Source: an uncultured Prevotella sp. (lineage in GTDB: Bacteria > Bacteroidota > Bacteroidia > Bacteroidales > Bacteroidaceae). Taken from it: a DNA stretch of 64,000 bases. Positions 42,644-52,846 of the stretch are shown in pieces; the first letter of the stretch is position 1, and the number at the start of each line of letters is the position of its first letter. The position numbers were made by a program, and so were the translations under genes. Below the pieces are notes generated by a model. It had not been told where the DNA came from. It saw only the letters and a program-made list of their open reading frames with translations, and searched no databases. The stretch spans positions 28,555 to 92,554 of the forward strand of contig CAMHPC010000001.1 in NCBI GenBank assembly GCA_946186945.1, read 5' to 3'.

Positions 42644-43675
42644 CTACTGTCTGAAAAGGTCGGGTTCTGTCCACTGTCTCTCGTAGCGGTTGCGGCCCAA
42701 GTGCTCGTATGCCAGGTCGGTCACCATCCTGCCACGGGGGGTGCGCTTGATGAAGCCCTCCATGATAAGGAAGGGCTCATACACCTCTTCCAGTGTGCCG
42801 GTGTCTTCGCCTATGGCTGTTGCCACGGTGCTCACTCCCACGGGTCCGCCCTTGAATTTGTCTATTATCGTGACGAGTATCTTGTTGTCTATCTCGTCCA
42901 GTCCGTATTGGTCTATGTTGAGTGCTGTGAGTGCTATCCTGGCTATGGCGGTGTCTATCCTGCCGTTGCCCCGCACTTGGGCAAAGTCGCGCACTCGGCG
43001 CAGCAGGGCGTTGGCTATACGGGGCGTGCCACGGCTGCGGCGTGCTATCTCTACGGCTGCTTCGTGTTCTATGGGCACTTGCAGTATAGAGGCTGAGCGC
43101 TCCAGTATACGGGTCAGCGTGTCGGGGTCGTAATACTCCAAGTGCATGTTTATGCCAAAACGGGCACGCAGGGGGGCTGTGAGCAGTCCGCTGCGTGTGG
43201 TGGCGCCTATCAGTGTGAAGGGGTTCAGATCTATCTGTATGGAGCGTGCCGACGGACCCTTGTCTATCATGATGTCTATGCGATAGTCTTCCATGGCACT
43301 GTACAGATACTCTTCCACTACAGGCGAGAGGCGGTGTATCTCGTCGATGAACAGCACATCGTTGGTCTCGAGTGAGGTGAGTATGCCTGCCAGGTCGCCT
43401 GGCTTGTCCAGCACAGGTCCGCTGGTCAACTTAAACCCTACTCCCAGTTCATTTGCTATGATATTGCTCAGCGTGGTCTTGCCCAGACCCGGAGGACCGT
43501 GCAGCAGGGTGTGGTCCAAAGGCTCGTCACGGTACTTCGCCGCTTCTACAAACACTTGCAAGTTCTCCACCACCTTCTGCTGACCGCTGAAGTCGTGAAA
43601 GCGCAGTGGGCGCAGCGCATTCTCATAGTCCTTCTCTGCCACTTTGCCCTCTCTGTGTATGTCAAACTCGTTCAT
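42644..43675 (-). CDS. ruvB: Holliday junction branch migration helicase RuvB
   Basis: Motifs [16 protein letters not shown] and SRGTPRIAN. Confidence 0.98.
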   Translation of the reverse strand: MNEFDIHREGKVAEKDYENALRPLRFHDFSGQQKVVENLQVFVEAAKYRDEPLDHTLLHGPPGLGKTTLSNIIANELGVGFKLTSGPVLDKPGDLAGILTSLETNDVLFIDEIHRLSPVVEEYLYSAMEDYRIDIMIDKGPSARSIQIDLNPFTLIGATTRSGLLTAPLRARFGINMHLEYYDPDTLTRILERSASILQVPIEHEAAVEIARRSRGTPRIANALLRRVRDFAQVRGNGRIDTAIARIALTALNIDQYGLDEIDNKILVTIIDKFKGGPVGVSTVATAIGEDTGTLEEVYEPFLIMEGFIKRTPRGRMVTDLAYEHLGRNRYERQWTEPDLFRQ

Positions 43676-43788
43676 CTGTTTCTTGCTGTCTATGTGGATG
43701 CAAAAGTAATCATTTACTTTTATATATTTTTGCTAAATCGAAAAAATGTGAGTAGTTTTGCACGCAAAATTCTATCTTACGTCTTTTT

Positions 43789-45042
43789 ATGTGCGATACA
43801 CAAAGAGTGGAACTCATGGCACCGGTAGGGTCATACGACAGTCTCACCGCTGCCATACAGGCTGGGGCTGATGCCGTGTATTTCGGCATAGGCAGCCTGA
43901 ATATGAGGGCTCATTCCGCATGTCCCTTCACCATCGACGACCTGCGTGCCATAGCCGATACATGCAGGGAGCACGGCGTGCGCTCGTACCTCACCGTCAA
44001 TACCATCGTTTACGACGGAGACATACCTGCCATGCACTCCATCATCGATGCCGCCAAGGAGGCAGGCGTGTCGGCTGTCATTGCCTCTGATGTGGCTGTG
44101 ATGACCTACTGCCGTGGGAGGGGGGTGGAGGTGCACCTCTCCACCCAACTGAATATCTCCAATATCGAAGCACTCAGGTTTTACGCCCAGTTTGCCGATG
44201 TGGTGGTGCTGGCGCGTGAACTTAATCTCGACCAGGTGGCTGCCATACACCGACAGATAGAAACCGAGAATATCTGCGGACCATCGGGCAGACAGGTGCG
44301 CATAGAGATGTTCTGCCACGGTGCCCTGTGCATGGCTGTCAGTGGCAAGTGCTACCTCAGTCTGGACAATGCGGCACGCTCTGCCAACCGTGGCGAGTGC
44401 ATGCAACTGTGCCGTAGGGGGTATATAGTGACCGATGCCGAAACAGGCACACAACTGCATGTGGACCACCAGTATATCATGAGTCCTAAAGACCTGAAGA
44501 CGGTACGCTTCATCGACCGTATGCTCCAGGCTGGCGTGTCGGTATTCAAGATAGAGGGTAGGGCACGCGGACCAGAGTACGTGTACACCGTGGTCAGGGC
44601 ATACAAGGAGGCTCTTGCCAGTGTGGCGGAGGGCACCTTCACCGAGGAGCGAAAGGATGAGTGGGACGAACGGCTGGCAGCGGTGTTCAACCGTGGCTTC
44701 TGGGACGGATACTACCTGGGACAGCGCCTGGGTGAATGGAACAGCCACTACGGCAGTTGCGCCACCGAGCGCAAGGTGTACGTGGGGCGCGGAGTGCGCT
44801 ATTACTCACGACTGGGGGTGGCGGAGTTTACCTGCGAGGCAGCGGAGTTCAGTGTGGGCGACCGACTGCTCATCACCGGACCTACCACCGGAGCCATGTA
44901 CCTCGACTGCACCGAGATACGCTACGAACTGAAACCTGTGGACACGGCACACAAGGGCACACACATCTCTATACCTGTGCCCGACAAGGTGAGACCCTCC
45001 GACAAATTATTCAAAATAGTTAAGCAAAATGACAATCAATGA
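43789..45042 (+). CDS. U32 family protein (Fe-S hydroxylation family, TrhP/RlhA-like)
   Basis: ELMAPVG, HGALCMAVSGKC...GECMQLCR and KIEGR. Confidence 0.9.
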   Translation: MCDTQRVELMAPVGSYDSLTAAIQAGADAVYFGIGSLNMRAHSACPFTIDDLRAIADTCREHGVRSYLTVNTIVYDGDIPAMHSIIDAAKEAGVSAVIASDVAVMTYCRGRGVEVHLSTQLNISNIEALRFYAQFADVVVLARELNLDQVAAIHRQIETENICGPSGRQVRIEMFCHGALCMAVSGKCYLSLDNAARSANRGECMQLCRRGYIVTDAETGTQLHVDHQYIMSPKDLKTVRFIDRMLQAGVSVFKIEGRARGPEYVYTVVRAYKEALASVAEGTFTEERKDEWDERLAAVFNRGFWDGYYLGQRLGEWNSHYGSCATERKVYVGRGVRYYSRLGVAEFTCEAAEFSVGDRLLITGPTTGAMYLDCTEIRYELKPVDTAHKGTHISIPVPDKVRPSDKLFKIVKQNDNQ

Positions 45043-45454
45043 ACTGCAAGATGAGGTTATAGAGGAATTTTCCCTCCTCACCGACTGGATGGACCGCTAT
45101 CAGATGCTCATAGACCTGGGCAATGAACTCGAACCGCTCGACCAGCAGTATAAGACTCAGCAGAACCTCATAGACGGCTGCCAGAGCCGTGTGTGGCTCA
45201 ATGCTGAATATCGAGATGGCAAGATGTGGCTTGCAGCCGACAGCGATGCGCTCATCGTCAAGGGTATCATAGCACTGCTCATACGTGTGCTCTCAGGACA
45301 TGCCCCACACGATGTGCTGCAGACAGAACTCTACTTCATAGAGAAGATAGGACTGCGCGAGCACCTCTCACCCACACGCAGCAATGGTCTGCTCGCTATG
45401 GTCAAGCAGATACGTATGTATGCACTTGCATACGACACGAAATACGGAAAATAG
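45029..45454 (+). CDS. sufE: SufE family sulfur transfer protein
   Basis: Motifs GCQSRVW, DSDALIVKG and LSPTRSNG. Confidence 0.93.
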   Translation: MTINELQDEVIEEFSLLTDWMDRYQMLIDLGNELEPLDQQYKTQQNLIDGCQSRVWLNAEYRDGKMWLAADSDALIVKGIIALLIRVLSGHAPHDVLQTELYFIEKIGLREHLSPTRSNGLLAMVKQIRMYALAYDTKYGK

Positions 45455-45469
45455 TTATCCCGCCAAAGG

Positions 45470-46474
45470 TCAACCCTCGAAGGCGGCTTCCTCGGCAGCG
45501 GCTATTATCTCCTCGCGTGAGGGTGCCTTGGCTGCACTGATGTCGCTCAGGTCAAACTCGTCGGTCTCTTCATTTGTGGCACGGCGTGGCTTGCGCTGCC
45601 TGCGCTCCTTCTTCTCTGCCACCGGCTTGGCATCGGCAGGTGTGGTTGCCTCTTCCTGCTTCTCGCTGTCGGCAACCCTCTCCAGCGTAGCCTCCTCGCC
45701 CAACAACCGGCGCTCCTTGGCAGCAAATACCGCCTCGCGAAACTGAGGTTCACGCTTTATCTTCTGCAGAGTGAGTTTTGACGCCTCCTGCTGACTCTCT
45801 TTCTTTGAATAGCCTGTGGCAGAACAGCCGTCGCAACCCTCCAGCACTACAATGTATTCAAACTTAGGATTGCCCTCCTTGTCCTTGGCATCGCTCACCA
45901 GCCGGAAGTCGATGTGCAACTTGTACTTCTGAGTCCACTCTATGAGTTTGCTCTTGAAGTTCACCTCCTTGTATGCAGTCTGCTCCAGGTTGATATACTT
46001 GCCCAGCACACGGGTGGTCATAAACTTATACACTGCCTCATAACCACGGTCCAGGTATATGGCACCCACCAGGGCCTCAAAGGCATTGCCACCCATATAA
46101 CTGTTGTGCGAAGAGTTGTGGCCAGAGGAGAGTATCAGACGGGTGATACCCATCTGCTCAGCCAGTTTGCCCAGTGTCTCGCGCTGTACTATCTTCGAAC
46201 GGGCATTGGTGAGAAAACCCTCACGCTTGCCCTCAAAATGGCGATACACTATATCACCCACCACAGCATCCAGTATGGCATCGCCCAGATATTCCAGACG
46301 CTCGTTGTTCAGCGGACGACCCTTGTCCCTGCGCATCACGCTCTTGTGCATGAGCGCTTCCTTGTAATACTGAATGTGATGTGGGTAAAAACCTATGATA
46401 TCATACAAATCAGAATAAAACTCCTTTTCCTTGCGGAAAGGGAGTTTTATTCTATCCATGAGCCTACTCAGCAT
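45470..46474 (-). CDS. rnc: Ribonuclease III with a charged C-terminal extension
   Basis: NERLEYLGDAIL, FEALVGAIYLD and a dsRBD (NFKSKL...SKKESQQ). Confidence 0.96.
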   Translation of the reverse strand: MLSRLMDRIKLPFRKEKEFYSDLYDIIGFYPHHIQYYKEALMHKSVMRRDKGRPLNNERLEYLGDAILDAVVGDIVYRHFEGKREGFLTNARSKIVQRETLGKLAEQMGITRLILSSGHNSSHNSYMGGNAFEALVGAIYLDRGYEAVYKFMTTRVLGKYINLEQTAYKEVNFKSKLIEWTQKYKLHIDFRLVSDAKDKEGNPKFEYIVVLEGCDGCSATGYSKKESQQEASKLTLQKIKREPQFREAVFAAKERRLLGEEATLERVADSEKQEEATTPADAKPVAEKKERRQRKPRRATNEETDEFDLSDISAAKAPSREEIIAAAEEAAFEG

Positions 46475-47726
46475 ACTTCTTGAATACTACGCAGGCGTTG
46501 TGTCCACCAAAACCGAAGGTGTTGCTCAGGGCTGCACGTACGGTGCGCTTCTGAGCCTTGTTGAACGTGAAGTTCAGATTATAGTCTATCTCCTCGTCCT
46601 TGTCATCCTCATCATGGTTGATGGTGGGTGGCACTATGTCATTCTTCACTGCCAGTACGGTGGCCATGGCCTCTATGGCACCGGCAGCACCCAGCAGGTG
46701 ACCGGTCATAGACTTGGTACTGCTGATGTTCAACTTATAGGCATGTTCGCCAAAGACTTCCTTGATGGCTTTCGCCTCGGAGATGTCACCCACGTGTGTG
46801 GATGTGCCGTGCACGTTGATATAGTCTATATCCTCGGGCTTCAGTCCGGCATCCTCCAGTGCACGCTGCATCACCAGTTTGGCACCCAGTCCCTCGGGAT
46901 GCGAGGCGGTGATGTGATATGCGTCGGCACTCTCGCCTTCGCCCACCATCTCGGCATATATCTTGGCACCACGCGCCTTGGCATGCTCCAACTCCTCAAG
47001 TATCAGACAACCGGCACCCTCACCCATCACGAAACCATCGCGAGAGGCACTGAAGGGGCGGGATGCCTTCTCAGGCTCGTCGTTGCGGGTGCTTAGTGCC
47101 TTCATGGCATTGAAACCACCTACACCGGCAGCACACACAGCCGCCTCGGCACCACCACTCAGTATCATGTTGGCCTTGCCCAGACGTATCATGTTGAAGG
47201 CATCAGCCAGAGCATTGCTCGAAGAGGCACATGCAGAGGTGGTGGTGAAGTTGGGACCGTGGAAACCATAGCGGATGGATATCAGACCACTGGCTATGTC
47301 GGCTATCATCTTCGGTATGAAGAAGGGATTGAATTTCGGTCCTTCACTCTCGTGCTGTGTATAGTACTTCAGTTCATCCTCAAAGGTCTTGATACCGCCT
47401 ATACCCACACCGAATATGACACCTACGCGGTCCTTGTCCAGTGTCTCCAGGTCAACACCACTGTCCTCAATAGCCTGAACGGCACTCACCATGGCAAACT
47501 GGGCATACTTGTCCATCTTGCGCGCTTCCTTGCGGTCAATGTATTTGTTCAGGTCCAAATCTTTCACCTCGCAGGCGAAATGGGTCTTAAACAGGCTGCT
47601 GTCGAAATTGGTGATGGGGGCTGCTCCGCTCACACCAGCCAACAGATTCTTCCATGTCTCCTCAGGGGTGTTGCCCACAGGTGACACAGCACCAAGTCCT
47701 GTCACTACAACTCTTTTCAGTTCCAT
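46464..47726 (-). CDS. fabF: Beta-ketoacyl-ACP synthase II
   Basis: Motifs SACASS, HGTST, GHLLGAAG and NTFGFGGHN. Confidence 0.97.
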   Translation of the reverse strand: MELKRVVVTGLGAVSPVGNTPEETWKNLLAGVSGAAPITNFDSSLFKTHFACEVKDLDLNKYIDRKEARKMDKYAQFAMVSAVQAIEDSGVDLETLDKDRVGVIFGVGIGGIKTFEDELKYYTQHESEGPKFNPFFIPKMIADIASGLISIRYGFHGPNFTTTSACASSSNALADAFNMIRLGKANMILSGGAEAAVCAAGVGGFNAMKALSTRNDEPEKASRPFSASRDGFVMGEGAGCLILEELEHAKARGAKIYAEMVGEGESADAYHITASHPEGLGAKLVMQRALEDAGLKPEDIDYINVHGTSTHVGDISEAKAIKEVFGEHAYKLNISSTKSMTGHLLGAAGAIEAMATVLAVKNDIVPPTINHDEDDKDEEIDYNLNFTFNKAQKRTVRAALSNTFGFGGHNACVVFKKYAE

Positions 47727-47741
47727 AAATTACTATCTAAT

Positions 47742-47805
47742 TATTATGGTTTATAGCAGGGGTACAGCGACGCTCTCGCCAATACCAGGGCTATAAACCA
47801 TAATA
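47742..47805 (-). promoter_or_regulatory. Long hairpin between acpP and fabF
   Basis: 16-bp perfect arms tattatggtttatagc/gctataaaccataata plus inner stems; no U-tract. Confidence 0.7.
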
Positions 47806-47821
47806 TGTGAAAAATCGGTAT

Positions 47822-48061
47822 TTATTTCGAGTTGTTGTTCTCGATGTAAGCTATAGCGTCGCCTACGGTACGGATTTCTTCTGCCTTGTCGTCGGGTATG
47901 TTAACACCAAACTCTTTCTCAAACTCCATAATCAGTTCTACGGTGTCCAAAGAGTCGGCACCAAGGTCGTTGGTAAAACTTGCTTCAGGCTTTACTTCGT
48001 CTGCACTAACACCCAGTTTCTCAACGATAATGTCGGTTACTTTTGATTGGATTTCTGACAT
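47822..48061 (-). CDS. acpP: Acyl carrier protein
   Basis: [12 protein letters not shown]. Confidence 0.98.
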   Translation of the reverse strand: MSEIQSKVTDIIVEKLGVSADEVKPEASFTNDLGADSLDTVELIMEFEKEFGVNIPDDKAEEIRTVGDAIAYIENNNSK

Positions 48062-48330
48062 AATTCTCTAAAATTAAAATGTTTAAAAATTATTTCTTTT
48101 TCAAAATCGGGTGCAAAGTTGCAAATTTTCTTTATTATCTGCAAATTTTCTTAAAAAAAATGCCTTTTTTTTGCACAAACAACTATAAATTGTGCAGGTT
48201 TTTTCGCCCTCTCTTGATGCATATCAATTATTATAGGCTCATTATCACTGTATTAGACTACTTTCAAATTGTTTTGACACCATGCCCCGACCACAATAAA
48301 TGTGCAGCATCATGCGTTTATACTGTCGGT

Positions 48331-49317
48331 ATGGAGAAGGTGAGTGTGATAACATCAGTATACAATGGCGCACGCTATGTGGAGCAGTGCGTGCACTCGT
48401 TGCAACAACAAACTTATAAGAATTTGGAGATGCTCTTCGTAGACGACGGCTCTACCGACGGGAGCGCCAGTCTGCTCAGACGGTTTGCTGCCGGAGACCC
48501 TCGTATACATGTCATCTCACTGCACGAAAACAGTGGTGCCTCTCATGCTCGCAATGCTGCCCTCAAACATGCCACTGGCACTTATGTGTGCATGCTCGAT
48601 GTGGACGACACCTATTCGCCCGATGCCATAGAGTGTGCCGTGAGAACCATGCACAATAGCGGAGCCGACATAGTGCTCTTCCGCTTCATGTATACCTATA
48701 CCGATGGCACACCCTCACACCTCTTCCCTCTGCTGCCTGCCCAGGGCTTGAGCGGCATTGAGGCGCTACGTGGCAGTATTAACTGGCAGACGGTGCACGG
48801 CATATACATGATACGCACCGACGTGCATCGACAGTACCCTTACGATGAGAGTTGCCGTCTCTATAGCGACGATAATACTGCACGCCTGCACTTCCTGCAC
48901 GCCCACAGGGTGGTGCAGTGCGACGGCACATACTACTATCTGCAACATCCCGCATCGTCCACACACAGCGGCGGACCGCGCTATCTCGACCGCCTCAAAG
49001 CCACAGAGCACTTGCGCACCACGCTTCTCGACGAAGGAGTGCCCGACGATGTGCGATGGGCTCTCTACGACAAGAGTTGGATGATGGCTATTGACTGCTA
49101 CCTCTACCTCACACGCTATAGAGAGTCGCTCACCACACAAGAGCGTCAACAGGCCATGCGACTGATACGCGAGGTGTGGAGACAGACTCCATTCCGACAC
49201 CTGCCCAAGGCTCATTACTGCAAGTTTGGATTCTTGCCACTACGACCATTCTTCTTCCTCTTCCGGGCGCAGGCACGCACCTACTTCTTCCTAAGAAAAC
49301 TGGCAGGAAAAGGGTGA
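48331..49317 (+). CDS. GT2 family glycosyltransferase
   Basis: VSVITSVYN, VDDGSTD, GASHARN and LDVDD. Start at MEKVSV (48331). Confidence 0.92.
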   Translation: MEKVSVITSVYNGARYVEQCVHSLQQQTYKNLEMLFVDDGSTDGSASLLRRFAAGDPRIHVISLHENSGASHARNAALKHATGTYVCMLDVDDTYSPDAIECAVRTMHNSGADIVLFRFMYTYTDGTPSHLFPLLPAQGLSGIEALRGSINWQTVHGIYMIRTDVHRQYPYDESCRLYSDDNTARLHFLHAHRVVQCDGTYYYLQHPASSTHSGGPRYLDRLKATEHLRTTLLDEGVPDDVRWALYDKSWMMAIDCYLYLTRYRESLTTQERQQAMRLIREVWRQTPFRHLPKAHYCKFGFLPLRPFFFLFRAQARTYFFLRKLAGKG

Positions 49318-49409
49318 TGACTGACTCTATCGTAAAAAAATAACACTCAAGACTTGGTTATTGACGAATTTTGCGTATATTTGTGGCCTAAACCAGTTAA
49401 CAGACAGTA

Positions 49410-50015
49410 ATGACAAACACAGAGAATTACAATTTCATCTTCAATCAGGCCATAGCCGACTATCATGTCTTTGACAATGTGGACACACCGATAAAAAATC
49501 CTTACCAGAACGACACTCTGGAAAACCGACTCTACCTGAAGTGTTGGATTGATACCGTGCAGTGGCATCTGGAAGACCTCATACGCGACCCGCATATCGA
49601 CCCGGTAGAGGCACTCGCCCTCAAACGCCGTATAGACCACAGCAATCAGGACCGTACCGACCTGGTGGAGCAGATAGACAGTTATTACCGTAAGTACTAC
49701 TCCGACGTGACTGTGCTGCCCGACGCTCGACTCAATACTGAGAGTCCGGCATGGGCTGTGGACCGCCTCTCCATTCTCGCACTCAAGATATATCACATGC
49801 GCGAACAGATGGAGCGTGAGGATGCGTCCGACGAACACCGCCAGCGATGCGCCGACAAGTGGCGAGTGCTCTGCGAACAGCAGGAGGACCTCAGCACCGC
49901 CATAGACCAACTGCTCGAGGATATCGCTCAGGGACGTAAGTACATGAAGGTGTACCGACAGATGAAGATGTACAACGACCCATCTACCAACCCTGTGCTC
50001 TACCAGAAGAAATAA
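49410..50015 (+). CDS. DUF4254 domain protein
   Basis: QWHLED, KRRIDHSNQDR, TESPAWAVDRLSI and KMYND. Promoter TATATTTG at 49376-49383. Confidence 0.85.
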   Translation: MTNTENYNFIFNQAIADYHVFDNVDTPIKNPYQNDTLENRLYLKCWIDTVQWHLEDLIRDPHIDPVEALALKRRIDHSNQDRTDLVEQIDSYYRKYYSDVTVLPDARLNTESPAWAVDRLSILALKIYHMREQMEREDASDEHRQRCADKWRVLCEQQEDLSTAIDQLLEDIAQGRKYMKVYRQMKMYNDPSTNPVLYQKK

Positions 50016-50043
50016 ACCACACAGACTACTTCATCCTTCACTC

Positions 50044-51090
50044 ATGAGTCAACAGCACCTACTCATCATGCGCTTCTCTGCCATGGGCGACGTGGCTATG
50101 CTCGTGCCCGTGGTGAAGAGTCTGGCATGTCAGTATCCCAACCTACATGTCACTGTGCTCAGCCGCGGATTTGCAAGGGCTCTGTTTGCCAACCTGGCAC
50201 CCAACGTGAGTTTCATGGAAGTAGACTTCAAAGGCGATGACCGGGGCATAGGCGGGCTCTCACACCTCTATAGCCGACTACGTGCCAAGCACTTCACTGC
50301 CGTGGCTGACATGCATGCCGTGCTGCGCTCACACTACCTGCGCGCACGCTTCATGATAGACAGGGTGCCTGTGGCACATATCGACAAGCACCGCAGCGGC
50401 AGACGACAACTCGTGGCACGAAACCATAAGAACCTGGTGCAGCAACCCTCGCCCTTCGAAAACTATGCCGATGTGCTCCGGCGTCTGGGCTACCCCGTAC
50501 AGATGCAGTTCACATCCATCTTCCCACCACAGGGCGGCGATCTCTCACTACTGCCAACCTCAGTGGGCGAGAAGCAGAAAGGCTCGCACTGGATAGGCAT
50601 AGCACCTTTTGCAGCACACAAGGGGAAGATATACCCCACGGAGCAAATGGGAAAGGTGGTGGACATGCTCTGCCAGCGACATCCGAAGGCGCGTATCCTC
50701 CTCTTCGGCAGGGGGAAGGACGAAACACCGGTCCTCGAAAACTGGTGCAGCAAACACACACAGTGTATCGACGCTTCGCAGACCGCTGCCTCTCTGGTGC
50801 AGGAACTGATTCTCATGAGTCACCTCGATGTGATGCTGTCTATGGACAGTGCCAACATGCATTTCGCCTCGCTCGTGGGCACTCCCGTGGTCAGCGTGTG
50901 GGGAGCCACACACCCTATGGCAGGGTTTATGGGATGGGGACAAAGGACCGACGACGCCGTGCAACTGCCTCTCACATGCCGACCATGCAGCATCTATGGC
51001 AACAAACCGTGTCACCTGGGCACGTGGGAGTGTATGAACGGGATTACACCCGAGGTCATAATCGAGAAGGTAGAGAAACACCTGAAATGA
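50044..51090 (+). CDS. GT9 family glycosyltransferase (heptosyltransferase-like)
   Basis: Motifs RFSAMGDV, DSANMHFAS, WGAT and CRPCS. Confidence 0.92.
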   Translation: MSQQHLLIMRFSAMGDVAMLVPVVKSLACQYPNLHVTVLSRGFARALFANLAPNVSFMEVDFKGDDRGIGGLSHLYSRLRAKHFTAVADMHAVLRSHYLRARFMIDRVPVAHIDKHRSGRRQLVARNHKNLVQQPSPFENYADVLRRLGYPVQMQFTSIFPPQGGDLSLLPTSVGEKQKGSHWIGIAPFAAHKGKIYPTEQMGKVVDMLCQRHPKARILLFGRGKDETPVLENWCSKHTQCIDASQTAASLVQELILMSHLDVMLSMDSANMHFASLVGTPVVSVWGATHPMAGFMGWGQRTDDAVQLPLTCRPCSIYGNKPCHLGTWECMNGITPEVIIEKVEKHLK

Positions 51091-51138
51091 CAGATACTGT
51101 TCACACCTCAGATATTAACTAAAAATTTTTTTACGACT

Positions 51139-51297
51139 ATGGAAAAATTCGTTTGCGACGTTTGCGGCTACGTGTACGACCCCGCAGTGGGCGACCCTGA
51201 GAATGGTATAGAACCTGGCACTGCCTTTGCCGACCTGCCCGACGACTGGGTATGTCCGCTCTGTGGCGTGGGAAAGGATGAATTCTCAGCAGAATAG
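51139..51297 (+). CDS. Rubredoxin (52 aa, below the ORF-track cutoff)
   Basis: Manual translation [52 protein letters not shown], with two CxxCG motifs. Confidence 0.97.
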   Translation: MEKFVCDVCGYVYDPAVGDPENGIEPGTAFADLPDDWVCPLCGVGKDEFSAE

Positions 51298-51324
51298 TGC
51301 CGCACATCATGTTTTGGGTGGGTG

Positions 51325-52314
51325 CTACTCATCCTTGCACATCATATCCTCAATTTCTGCCAGTATGCCCAAGAGGGGTTCCAGGTGGTCTTCCTGGAGC
51401 ATTCTTATGCGCATGGGACGGAAATTGGGGATCCCTTTGAATAGTGGGGTGGCTGCCAAGTGTCTGCGTGTGTGCAGTATGCCGCGGTACTCGTCTATGC
51501 GTTCCACATTGATGAGCAACTGCTCACGCAGCACCGCCAACTTCCATCTGAAGTCCATCACCTCGTCACCCTTGGTGCCATCCAACAGTTCACGTATCTC
51601 GCGAAAAATCCAGGGGCGGCCAAACGATGCCCTGCCCACCATCACGGCATCCACTCCGTACCTCTCGAAAGCCTCCTCTGCCTCCTCTGCCGAAGTGATA
51701 TCGCCATTGCCTATGATGGGTATGTGTAGGCGCGGGTTGGCCTTCACCCTGCCTATCGGTTGCCAGTCGGCACTGCCAGTGTACATCTGCGAACGTGTGC
51801 GACCGTGGATGGTGAGTGCCTGTATGCCGCAGTCCTGCAACTGCTCTGCCAGTTGCTCTATGATGATGTTCTCATGGTCCCAACCCAGTCGTGTCTTCAC
51901 CGTCACCGGCACATGCACGGCATCCACCACACGGCGGGTGATATCCAGCAGCAAAGGGATGTTGCGCAACATCCCTGCACCGGCACCCTTGCCCGCCACC
52001 TTCTTCACCGGACAGCCGAAGTTCAGGTCTATCACGTCCGGATGCGCCTGTTCCACTATCTTCGCTGCCTCTACCATGGCATCGGCATCCCTGCCGTATA
52101 TCTGTATGCCCACAGGACGCTCACTGTCGCTGATCGTGAGTTTGTTTACCGTACTCTTGATATTGCGCACCAGAGCCTCTGCACTCACAAACTCAGTGTA
52201 TACCATCGAGGCACCGTAGCGCTTGCACAACATGCGGAAACCGATATCGGTCACATCCTCCATAGGTGCCAGAAATACTGGGCGCTCTCCGTAGTGTATG
52301 TCGCCTATCTGCAT
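51325..52314 (-). CDS. dusB: tRNA dihydrouridine synthase B
   Basis: LAPMEDVT, DLNFGCP, TIHGRT and GNGDI. Start at MQIG (52314). Confidence 0.93.
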   Translation of the reverse strand: MQIGDIHYGERPVFLAPMEDVTDIGFRMLCKRYGASMVYTEFVSAEALVRNIKSTVNKLTISDSERPVGIQIYGRDADAMVEAAKIVEQAHPDVIDLNFGCPVKKVAGKGAGAGMLRNIPLLLDITRRVVDAVHVPVTVKTRLGWDHENIIIEQLAEQLQDCGIQALTIHGRTRSQMYTGSADWQPIGRVKANPRLHIPIIGNGDITSAEEAEEAFERYGVDAVMVGRASFGRPWIFREIRELLDGTKGDEVMDFRWKLAVLREQLLINVERIDEYRGILHTRRHLAATPLFKGIPNFRPMRIRMLQEDHLEPLLGILAEIEDMMCKDE

Positions 52315-52745
52315 GCTGAGCCCTCCTTCTCTGCACAGTTGGGACAGAGTCCCTTCAACACGTAGTTCACACTCTCCAGGGTGAAGCCGGAGGGCAGGGG
52401 CACCACTGGCACATGGATATGGGTGAGGCAGAAGGTGCGGTGACACCCTGTGCAGTAGAAATGGGTGTGCTCGTCTTCCACGGTGCAGTCGCAGGCATCG
52501 TCACATACAGCATATTTCAGTGCTCCGCTGCCATCGTCCACGGCATGTACCAGACGGTGGAGCAGAAAGAGTGTCAGGGTGCGCGATATGGTAGACTTGT
52601 CTATCGTGGGCAACCAACGCTCCAAGTCGGGCAGACTCACTGTCTCGTCACCACGCAGCATCTCGCGCAGGATGAGCAGGCGGGTAGAGGTGGGCTTTAT
52701 GTCGCGGTGCTCTAATTTGTGCACCAGAAATTCTTCTTTCGTCAT
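52305..52745 (-). CDS. Fur family transcriptional regulator
   Basis: Winged HTH (STISRTL), HTHFYCTGC and GLCPNC. Confidence 0.88.
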   Translation of the reverse strand: MTKEEFLVHKLEHRDIKPTSTRLLILREMLRGDETVSLPDLERWLPTIDKSTISRTLTLFLLHRLVHAVDDGSGALKYAVCDDACDCTVEDEHTHFYCTGCHRTFCLTHIHVPVVPLPSGFTLESVNYVLKGLCPNCAEKEGSACR

Positions 52746-52846
52746 GGCTCTGGTCTACATATAGCGGTTGCAAAAATACTACATTTTTTTCTATTTCTCA
52801 GAAATAATGCCTATTTTTGCACCCATCCTAATCACGTCTACCACGT

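Noticed and set aside
48079-48330. N-terminal extension of the GT2 ORF (similar over-extensions for deoC, dusB, Rpn, ompH copy 3, coaD and CPBP)
   Set aside because: The extensions cross AT-rich promoter DNA or neighbouring genes; family motifs begin at downstream ATGs.
51227-52219. 330-aa plus-strand ORF
   Set aside because: Antisense to dusB and out of frame with rubredoxin; Ser-rich shadow translation.
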